In this document: one piece after another, positions 1 to 10,010 of the stretch
How the letters are laid out: every line of letters starts with the position of its first letter
Position numbering within the stretch: position 1 is the first letter of the stretch
From: Lepidodermella squamata
Taxonomy: Eukaryota; Animalia; Gastrotricha
NCBI GenBank assembly: GCA_047495785.1
Contig: JBLDXI010000025.1
Coordinates: 1,674,001-1,738,000, forward strand
DNA length: 64,000 bases
Direction: 5' to 3'
Made by a program: the position numbers and the translations under genes
The notes under the pieces: model-generated
What the model was told of the DNA's origin: nothing
The model's input: the letters and a program-made list of their open reading frames with translations, nothing else
Databases searched by the model: none

Positions 1-2117
1 CTCAAGCCCAGGAAGAGGAGCAGTGGTTGAAAAAACAAGCTGATGCTAGGAAAATCATTGAAATTGATGAACAGTGAGTTGAACATTTTTCTTAGAATTT
101 CGCGGAATTTTTTATATTTTGTCTTAGGGAATTGACTGAAAATGAAAAAGACCCGGAATATATGCGTAAAAAGGCGGATGATTTCTATAAGCAGGGCAAT
201 TTCTTAGCCGCCGCGAATGCCTACACTCATGCGTTGAGAATGCGGCCGAATCAAGCACCGTTGTACTCGAATCGATCTGCCTGTCATTTGCGCGCTGGTA
301 ATTTGATGAAATGCGTTGAAGATGCGTCGAAAGCGCTCGAACTTCTCACGCCGCCTGTCGATGCGAATGCTAGGGAACGATTGTTGGCGCACATTCGTCG
401 AGGAACTGCCTTGGCTAAGCTCGATCTGGTTGTTGGTACGTCCATTTTCTTTTTTTATCGCTATTAATTTGATTCGACTTCCTGTATTCGATGAGTTCAA
501 ATTATGAAGTTGAAAATGAGCCGCCTTAAATTTAATTCACACTGGATTCATTGAAGGGAAAACGCGAGATTTCTACGTTTTCGCATCATAATTTGCAAGC
601 CATCAAAGATCGCAAGTCACAAAAATTGCGACTTGCTCAAAAATTAATCAACTGAGCATATCAATCTCGCAGGTTCTCGCATTACTTGTCCCCTTCGTCA
701 CTTACCCCTTCGTCAATTTCCACAATCTTTTCTCATCCGTTGTAATAGCCTGTGGTTGAGACGTAGGGGTCAACAGCTGTCGAAATAGTCGAAATTCTCG
801 GGTTTTCTTGCAGAATTGTTTAGGCCCCTGCCTAAATTATCCGCTATTAGAAACGAATCGCATTTATTTGAGTCCGTGAGTCCAAGCACGAGTCCATTTT
901 TCTGTTTCTTCATATTTTGTGGAGGGGTTTGCTCTGGCTTCGGACAGTGCTCTAGTTTCAGACAGCGGAGAAAGCCAAATTTCGGACGATGGACTGTCCA
1001 AATTTGAGGGTTAACTTGAGGGCTTGATGATTAAACAGGTTGGTTATTGATTCTGTATCCGCCAGGGCAGGAAGAGGACGCGAGTGGTTTAGATGCACAC
1101 GATTTGAAACACAGCTGAAACTATTTAACGAGGGGTTTTCGCGTGTTTGTATGAAGTTTTGCTCAAATTAAAGTAGTAGCTCACAGTTCGAATGGTCGAA
1201 TTGAGCGAAGGCCACGAGGCGAGAAGCGCGAGTGACGATGCCGTATCCTGGTTGGTAGAAAACTTCGATGAACACATTTGGCTTTTTGCCATTTGTTAAA
1301 GCAGTTGTTCATGTGAAAAGCAGATGAGAACTTTTGGCGGCAAGCCAGGCACCACTTTGAAATCCCAGGCAAGGACGCTATTTTTTACCAGACATTTTGT
1401 TAAGATCATGACTTTCGATATCTGACTTTTTGGTTTGAGAGAACAATGACTCAGAACTCGCCAGCAAACAATCTTCGATCAATCCGATCAGTACTCGATG
1501 ACTGCTTTGCGAAATTTGATAAGAGACTGGAACTGTGCCGCATTGTCTTAGACTGACTTTTCCTGGTTTTTCGATGCGAGTGATTATGTATGTGAATTAG
1601 GCGGAAATTAGTAATACCTCAGCTAAACAGGGACAACAGCGGCGAAGCTTGTTAGTACAAGATAGGTGCATTGTCTTTAACTACGAGGAAAAAGAAAGAT
1701 GCGTATCTTTAATGCAGTTGCTAGTTTGATAGGAATACCAGTCTAATGTCAGGATACAGTGAATATAGCTCTTTCATCAATTGGTCAACGGATTTTGCAA
1801 CGATAAACAGTCTGAACGGTCGATCCTTTTAAGCCAGATAATGCTGTAAATATATTCTGTAGCAAGGGGTAGCTCTTGGAAATCAAATTCTGATAAGTGG
1901 AATGGGCTGATTTGAGAAATTGTTGTCAAAATACGAATAATTGAAACTTGCAAATTTTGGAAAGATTTTTTAAACTAATCGTTTATTTCTTATTTTAGAG
2001 GGTTTGGCCGACTACCAAGCTGCGTTGAAGATATTGCCGAAGGACGATCCGATGCGCGAGGGCATCGAGCGCGACGCCGAGGCGATGCGGCAACACATTC
2101 AGTCTTCTGCCACGTGA
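1..2117 (+). CDS. DNAAF4: Dynein axonemal assembly factor 4 (DYX1C1), C-terminal TPR part; 5'-partial. Exons <1-73, 128-435, 1999-2117
   Basis: Spliced product EEEQWLKKQADARK...LYSNRSACHL...[52 protein letters not shown] matches the DNAAF4 C-terminus as I remember it (SKALELLxPPVxxNAxAR...AHVRRGTA...EGLxDYxAALKI). GT-AG introns keep the frame. Confidence 0.93.
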
Positions 2118-2460
2118 CGCAATCGTTCAGTGCGAACGGCGCGTGGTGGTTTTTTTGCCTTATTTAACCCAACTGGCGTGGCTTGAATCCAAGCGGCGTG
2201 TTTGTATTATAATATTAGAACAAAAAAGACGGCGTGGTTCAAAGACCCAAGTCCAAAGATCAAAGTCCACTTCTTGCTGCTTGTGATATTACTTCTCTTG
2301 GCTATTGTCATTGTGATTTTGATGCTCATTTTATCGTGCATTTATTCCTATTTTGTTTTGTTTTTATTATAATTGCACTATAATTTAATCTGTGTATTTA
2401 TATTGCGACTTGAAGTCGATAAATAAATAAAAATGAATATTACTAATTTTTCTAGATTTT

Positions 2461-3397
2461 ATGAGAAAATGAAGCGGAAAAGTGGTGCCAAAGCTGGTTC
2501 AGGATCTGCTGCGTTAAAGAAGGAAACGTCGAAACCAGAAAATGCCGACCAAGTTCCTGTGATTGTTTACAAAAAGCCTCAGAAAGTAATTCACGTCAGC
2601 GATTAATTTTGATTTTAGGAAAATCTAATGATATTTCGTTGTAGAAAATTTATAAATCTCGACCGGATTCGGGTAAATCAGACGAACCTGAAGTTCGAGG
2701 GCCGAATGTTAGGCAGCTCAAGTAAATTCAAAAAGTCCGCCTTAATTTTTCGAAAATGTCGAAAATTTTTAATTTCCTTAGATTGGATGTGTATCGTTTA
2801 TTGGCGAAAAATGCCATTGAAAATTCGAATGCAGCAGAAGCAGTATCGGCTAAGCAAAAATTAGCCATCGCCCTTGGCGCCGATCCACCGAAGAAAAAAG
2901 CGGTTAATTACAAGGATCTGTTGGCAGATAACAAACGCCGACGCCAGGATGAGGCGCAGCAAGACGTATTGGTGAGTACTTCCCTTATGCATGCGATATG
3001 CTATAGTACATTTATGTGTGCGCGGAAAATTGGCCCGGTTTGCCGGGACATGGCTATTAATGAAATACTACGTGCACACATACATTCGCATTCATTTTGT
3101 ATGCGTATTTTTCTCTCATATGCGGTCACTCTTTATATTGTTACACGTTATTTTTCGCTTCAATTATTTTACTGTTAATTGTATCCGTTTAAATTTTTGT
3201 TTTAACCATTTTTTCAGCGAAAAGTTTCAAATGCTAGTCTTGGTAAGAAGAAGGATAAACGAGGTAGGAGACCGAAAAAGTCGAAGAGCAGCGGCGAGGC
3301 GGGTCCGGGTGGCTTCGGATCGTGGAAGGGCGGCGTGTTGCGGTTATCCAAGGAGGACATTATGCGTGTGAAAACGACAAAATCTCTCAAGCTTTGA
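2461..3397 (+). CDS. C1orf131: C1orf131/DUF4602-like SSU processome factor. Exons 2461-2585, 2645-2721, 2782-2971, 3218-3397
   Basis: Basic protein with AIALGADPPKKKAVNYKDL and C-terminal FGSWKGGVLRLSKEDI, matching the family motifs AIxLGAKPPKxxYVNYK and GxFKNGxLxLSxxDI. Splice sites keep the frame. Confidence 0.85.
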
Positions 3398-3750
3398 TAG
3401 TCGATAAATTTTGGTGCTTGTACGATTATTCATAATAATATTCCTCGACATCTATTTGCACAAATATATTTGTTGCTTTCAAATTTTTAATTGTTTCTCA
3501 ATTTATTTATAGATTATTATGGGATTTTAAATTGATAATGAATCCAGCTTTGGAAGCTAATGAGAAATGAGCAAGTTATTCCATGAATTTTCGTTCATTC
3601 ATGTTAAGGCCGTCCGTGACCTTTCGTGGCGGAATTTCGTCCTAAATTTAGAAATTCTCGAAAAATTGTGGTTTTTCGCAAAATGAGGTCCATTTATTCC
3701 GGATTCAATTTTTAATATTTATTCTAGAATTTTACTATTCTTAAATTAAA

Positions 3751-6726
3751 ATGGCATCGCTCATGAGCCGTGCTGTAGCCGGTAGCCGTCTGCTGGCTGC
3801 GTCTGGTCGCCTCCAGTCTCAAGCTCGTTCTTTTTCATTCGGTTCGATATTCAAGCTACCTTAAATATTCCCAAAATAATTTTACCAAATTTTCTCCATA
3901 CAGAATTGAATGAAGAACAGAAGCAGTTCCAGGAGATCGCGCGCAAATTCTCGCGCGAAGAAATTTTGCCGAAAGCGGCTCACTACGACAAAACGGGCGA
4001 GTTCCCGAAGGAGCTGTTGAAGAAGGCGTGGGAAATCGGCCTCATCAACATGAGCATCCCGCAGGCGGCCGGCGGTCCTGCCCGCGGCGTCTTCGACGAA
4101 ATCGTCGTCGGCGAAGAACTCGCCTACGGCTGCACGGGCGTCTCAACCGCCCTCACCGGCACCGGCCTCGGCCAGACCCCGGTCATCCTCGCCGGTAACA
4201 AGGAACAACAGAAAAAGTACCTCGGCCGACTCATCGAGGAGCCCCTCATCGCCGCGTACTGCGTCACCGAACCCGGTTGCGGGTCGGATGTGGCCGGTAT
4301 TCGGACGACGGCCGTGAAAAAGGGTGACAAGTGGGTGCTCAATGGCCAGAAAATGTGGATCACGGGCGCCGGTCATGCCAACTGGTATTTCGTCCTCGCC
4401 CGGTCCGACCCGAACCCGAAGGCGTCGACCGGCAAGGCCTTCACGGCTTTCATCGTCGATCGCGATTCAAAGGGCGTCTCAGTCGGCCGCAAGGAGATCA
4501 ATATGGGCCAACGGGCGTCGGACACACGTGGCGTGACCTTTGAAGATGTTGAGGTGCCGAAGGAGAACGTGCTGGGCGCGGAGGGGTACGGCTTCAAGAT
4601 TGCGATGGGCGCGTTCGATGTCACGCGGCCGTTTGTTGCCATTGGCGCCGTTGGGCTGGCGCAGCGTGCCTTGGATGAGGCCACGAAATACTCGCTCGAA
4701 CGCAAGACCATGGGCAAGGCAATTTTCGAACATCAAGGTTTGTGCGACATTTAAACGTAATTTTTTAAAATTCGCTTGAAAAAAAACGAGTCAAATTAGC
4801 AGCTTCATTGTCAGTAACTGAGGGGCTTTTAGGGGTTTACTCATTCGAGCAAACTTTAAGGAAGTTTTTCCCGTCTCAGAATGGTTTCAAATTATTTTTT
4901 CAAAAATGTTCGCGATTTTACGTCACAAATTCCGACTGGCGCTTCGTATTCATTTCATGTTAAATGGAGCTAAATGTCCCTGAGAACGTGCTTCAGAATG
5001 GCAGAAACCCTAACTTGGAAAAGTCGTAGTAATAGTGCCACCGGTCGTGGGAACCCAAGTGCGTAACTAACGCCTCTTCTAAGATTATCGTAGCTTTCAA
5101 GGGCGGCAAATCATTCATGCGGATCATCAGCTCAGAATCCATGGCGTCGAACCTCAAGGGCCTCAGTGGATTCGCCACGGTTCCGTAAACGGAACCGAAA
5201 AACTCGGCAACCGATCACCGGCCAGGCTAGAGGCGAGGAACCGATACCGGTCTTCGTTCGTCCAGTATCGCTTCAAGCCAAGCGTTAGTTGCCTAGAATA
5301 TAGATAGATTTTCAAGAACGAGTGTTTCAAGGTTAGAATAACACTTGAGGAGTATTAGCTAAGTGAAGAGTTCAGCCGACATGGAGTCTTCTAGTTTGTT
5401 CGTATTGAGTTTGAGTCGACAGCAATTCTAGAGTTAGACAGTCTCATTTATTACGTACTCTGGTGAGCACTGTGAAATAGTCGAGAAGTTCGTCCTTTGC
5501 CGCGCAATTCTTAAAGATGGGTTCAAAATTGGTTTACCCGAGGTCATTATTTCGAAAACATACCTGCAAGCGATTGAACATCGTCGAGCCGCCGGAGTCA
5601 GCTGGCTCCAGGGCATGAAGCGGTGAACCCTGACTTTCGCTGCCTGCGGGCTCCCACAACGCCTATTGTATGGACATCGCTGCGTTCCTTCAATTCCATT
5701 CCCACTAGGCCCTAGACGAGGGCTACCCGGGTTACGATTACGCTCACCGGATTCTGGTTATGTTATCATATTCAGGGTTTGTGAAACGAGCAAGATTAGC
5801 CGTGTTGATTAAGCTATTCAATTGCAAAAAGAGAGATAGAATAAATTCTAAGAGAATAAACTGTATGGACTGTATCTGACGGTATATAACGCGCCAGGGT
5901 GGAAGTAGCCTTCCACCTGCTGAACCACCGGCTGATCGTCCAGCGCCAGGCCAACCGCATCGTCGCCGAACATGAGGTAAAACTCAAAAATGGGTTCTTG
6001 CGACATCAATTTTTCAAACCATACCCGCAGTGCTGAGAGACTTAGTGTCGGCTCACGGAAAAAGTAGCTGAAGTGGTCGCGACCGATTATGTGCGCCATT
6101 TGCAAAATGTGATGTACGCTCTAAGAGAAAACAGTAAAGTCATGCCGCCGATCGAACTACGTCTTTCAATTGAAAAAGCAAGAGTTTTTGAAATATTAAG
6201 GAAATTTGGAGTAAATAGCTGCAAATAAAGAAACAGCCCGTTTCAAAGAAATCGTATTCCATGAACCCTCTGGAGTAGTGGCATTTGATTCAGCAAGCGC
6301 ATAGTTCTGAGTAGCAAAAAATGGCTTCGCCAGCCCAGAAACTAGCTTGGGCGAGCTTTCGAGCTCAGAAAAAAACGTTATTAAAATTTAATTGGTTTAA
6401 TTTTAATTTAAAATATTTAAAATATTGCGTATGGAAATTAATTTGAAAAAAATGGAATTATAACCATTTATCATGACAAATTGTGGAAAATTCATGATTT
6501 AATTTTTTTAATTTGTTCTGTTTTTTCTAGCCGTTGCCTTCATGCTGGCTGACATGGCTATCGGCATCGAAGCGTCGCGCTTCTGCACGTACCGTGCCGC
6601 GTGGGAAATCGACCAGGGCCGCCGCAATACTTACTACGCGTCGATCGCCAAGGCGCTCGCCTCGGACGTGGCCATGAAGTCGGCGACCGATGCCGTGCAG
6701 GTGTTTGGCGGCGCCGGCTACAACAC

Positions 6727-6757
<31 letters not shown>

Positions 6758-6847
6758 GCCAAGATCTTCCAGATCTACGAAGGCACGTCGCAGATTCAGC
6801 GCCTCGTCATTTCGCGTTTCCTGTACGAAAAGGCCAAGTCGCAATAA
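3751..6847 (+). CDS. ACADM: Medium-chain acyl-CoA dehydrogenase, mitochondrial. Exons 3751-3841, 3904-4737, 6531-6847
   Basis: Arg/Ser-rich transit peptide, then [34 protein letters not shown], and [25 protein letters not shown] with the MCAD-type catalytic Glu in IYEGT. Confidence 0.96.
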
Positions 6848-7382
6848 AATCGAATAGCCGAAAAATTGAGAACTCACCGAAACTTATGGCGTATTTATGG
6901 CTGATGTCTCTCTCAATGATTGATTTTAAAATGAGAAATTTAGAGCCGCAATTTTCATCACAGTTCTTTATAAAAATGGCAAGATTATGTGAATAAATTT
7001 TTGCCACGATTTCGGCGTCCATCAAACTGTATAATTTGGTTTCGGTTCGCAATTTTTGGTTGCAAAATAAAACTCGAACGGCTTGTCACAGCAACTTTTT
7101 TGTCAACCTACGTTGCATGGATGTTCAATTTCAGGGATTTCAGGGATGGAAGTCATCCCTAACAGCATTTCAAATCTGACAAAGGCAATTTTTTAGCTGT
7201 ATTTTGTTACACAATGGGCCTTGCCTTAAGCGAAATCAAACTTCGAATACCCTATAAATCTATGTTACAGCTTCCAGCATTCAATAATTTGAGGCTTCGA
7301 GGATCATCGTGATGGATCTCGCAGATCTCACCCCAAACACATGTAGCCGAAGTCACCCCAAACACATGTTAGATGCTGATGG

Positions 7383-7686
7383 GGTGACTTTGTACCACTC
7401 AAATATCGAAGCCGGCAACGTAAAGACCCCATGAGTGGGCTACCGTTGGATAGCCTGTAAGCAGAGTGGTTCGAAAATGACGTTCGATTTCGATTTTGAT
7501 AGCATGGATTCCTCGGCGAAATTCTCCCGAAAATCGAACTTTTTTAAATTTCTCCCTAACTTTACCAGTCATTTTTTTATACTTGTAATTAAGTGAGATT
7601 GGAATACATTGTACACGTCTAGGCCTGGCTTTAGGCTATCCAGCGGTACCCTTGCCGGCTTCGATAATATAGTGGCCAAAGTCACC
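7383..7686. mobile_element. Degenerate MITE-like inverted-repeat element (~300 bp)
   Basis: Left arm GGTGACTTTGTACCACTCAAATATCGAAGCCGGCAA pairs with the right arm, whose reverse complement is GGTGACTTTGGCCACTATATTATCGAAGCCGGCAA. An inner pair is TACCGTTGGATAGCCT / AGGCTATCCAGCGGTA. No clear TSD. Confidence 0.6.
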
Positions 7687-8298
7687 TTTTTTACGGTATG
7701 AAATACGATTTTCAGATTTTAGAATTGATCGTGAGAAATTCAAAGAAATTACAATAAAAAGTTATGTAATTTCCGGATAATTTCTGTATGTTTTACAGAA
7801 GAAAAATGCTTAGAGCACCCTGCTTTTTAGGGTTTTTCCTACTTTGCCAGCCAGATGAATTTTTAAAAATAGGCAAAAACAGAAATAAAGAGGAGCTCTT
7901 AGGCTATCGAATGCCTCTTTCCGTAAGTCCGGACGATTTGACTTTGATTTATGGCTAATTTTAAGTAACCCAGACACCCGCCGGAATTAGGGAGCGGGGT
8001 GCCCAAATTTTCGGCCACACCATCCAGATAACATAATAACAGAAGTTTGGTATCGTTTCAAAAAGCTGAATTTGAAAACCGCCTTTGTTGCTTCACCTGT
8101 GAGCTTTTTCTTGACGACTTGTTGCCTGAAACTCTAGTGTTTATGGTAACAAAGCACTCGAGAAGCGACATGAGCCCCCTCGCCCGCATATGGAATTATT
8201 TATTTGGGATCACGTGCTTGAAAAAAATCACATACAGATTGGCTCGGCAATGCAAATTTCTTGAGTTGTGTGCGAAAAAAGAGCTGCACAGCACTTAA

Positions 8299-8803
8299 CA
8301 CTTTAAATGCCAAAAATAGACTGCGAGGTCCGATATTTGGGTCTAATTCCTGGGTCTGTCAAAAAGTCTTTTATTTCGGGTCAACGATGCGTCGAGGGGC
8401 AAAATGCCTGACGGCAAAGTGTAGGCCATGACCTGGCGGTTCTTTTGACACCGAATTCGGGGCCACAAGGTCTGAGCAGGTCATTGAAAATGACAGTGAA
8501 AAAACGTCGAAAATTTTGGATTAGAGCCAAAAATCAGACCCAAGAATTGGACCTAATTATTAGACCCAGATTATGGCGCAACAATCGAAATTTCACTGTT
8601 TTTCAAGTTTGATTTCTGTGCGTTCCTTGAAGTCTTTGGCCCCAAATTCGGTGTCAAAAGAACCGCCAGGTCATGGCCTACACTTTGCCGTCAGGCATTT
8701 GGCCCCTCGACGCATCGTTGACCCGAAATAAAAGACTTTTTGACAGACCCAGGAATTAGACCCAAATATCGGACCTCGCAGGCTATTTTTGGCATTTAAA
8801 GTG
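8299..8803. mobile_element. piggyBac-type non-autonomous foldback element (MITE), 505 bp
   Basis: ~170-bp near-perfect TIRs starting CACTTTAAATGCCAAAAATAG, flanked by TTAA at 8295-8298 and 8804-8807. No coding capacity. Confidence 0.92.
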
Positions 8804-9439
8804 TTAATGTCCAAATTTCGGCCGGTGGACGAGGTTAGATCACAGTGGCCGAAATTAGGAATTCCTGCTCTATTATCGCACCAAATTTTTCACGCAGTAC
8901 TTATCACTTCCCGGGTAAAATTTTCCCAGCACTGTAAACGCCTGCAACGCCATGCACGAAAATGCACGAGAATGAAAAAGCTTATAACACCTAGAAAGTT
9001 GCGTCCCTGACATCTCGGCCAATAATTATTTGTATTTCGGCAACTCCGTCTGAATGTGAGGCTTCTTTGGGAATACGTAATTTGATATCCGATATCCCGA
9101 TATAACCTGAACTCCAAAAGCAGAAAAAACACTCGATTAGTAGCATAATTTCCTCATTTTATTCAAGACATTTTTCTGCCTCAAACTGGGTCGTATCAAA
9201 ATTTTGAATGATTATTGTGAGTTAAACATTACAATAAAAAACAGAGAAGAACATGTATTAAAACAAAACTGCGTCATTTTTTACATAATTTTCAAAGAAC
9301 TTGTCAAAAACACGGAACACACTATATAAAGTTAAAACAGGTCGAAGGTGAGGACGTGCAAGTTTTGAAGTTGGGATGTAAGTGCGAGAAGCAAAATCTC
9401 CAGATTTTTCACGGTGACCTACTAACAAAAAATAATTCG

Positions 9440-9925
9440 CTAATCGGCATTGACCAGGAGCGTGTTGAGCAGGTCTAGCTGGCCCGAATACGCGGCAATG
9501 TGCGTCGCCGACCAGCCGTTACGGTTCGAAATGCGAACATTGGCACCAAGGCGCAGCAACGCCTCCGCAATGTGGCATATGGCCTTGACGGACGAGTTGT
9601 CCTGACTATGATGACTACTACTGCTATCGAAGTTTTCATCGTCATCAGCACACAACCGCGAGATAGGGGATGGCACTTGCGACGATGAGTTTGAATTCGG
9701 CGATGTAGATGACGGTGATTCATCGCTGATAGCTACGTCGTCGGATGAAGAGCGAGGTGAGGTGATTTCAGCGGCTTCGGCCGCCAACCGGGTCAGCAGC
9801 GTGTGCCCGTCGAGTTCGGACACGCCGCTTATAACCGAGTACTTGCTCGTTGTATCACCGGCCGCGTCCGTTCGAATTCGCTCGATCAACATCGACCACT
9901 GATCAATCATCGACGACGTAGACAT
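9440..9925 (-). CDS. NRARP: NRARP-like (Notch-regulated ankyrin repeat) protein with a Ser-rich insertion
   Basis: C-terminal LLRLGANVRISNRNGWSATHIAAYSGQLDLL resembles NRARP LVKFGADIRLANRDGWSALHIAAFGGHQDIV. Single coding exon, with a 5'UTR splice acceptor at ~9967. The upstream CSL-site cluster supports the call independently. Confidence 0.7.
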   Translation of the reverse strand: MSTSSMIDQWSMLIERIRTDAAGDTTSKYSVISGVSELDGHTLLTRLAAEAAEITSPRSSSDDVAISDESPSSTSPNSNSSSQVPSPISRLCADDDENFDSSSSHHSQDNSSVKAICHIAEALLRLGANVRISNRNGWSATHIAAYSGQLDLLNTLLVNAD

Positions 9926-10010
9926 AGCGTTAACAACTGCGAATTTTTAATAAATTTTGCAAAGTCCTAGAAAATTAAGAAAAAATTTAATTGGGAATTG
10001 TTCTGGGGCA

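Noticed and set aside
4124-4779. Several overlapping alternative-frame and antisense ORFs (also 6527-6996)
   Set aside because: Shadows of the GC-rich ACADM exons, with no independent motifs.
7810-8875. Possible outer hAT element (TAGAGCA...TGCTCTA) around the piggyBac MITE
   Set aside because: The match is only 7 bp and I found no 8-bp TSD.
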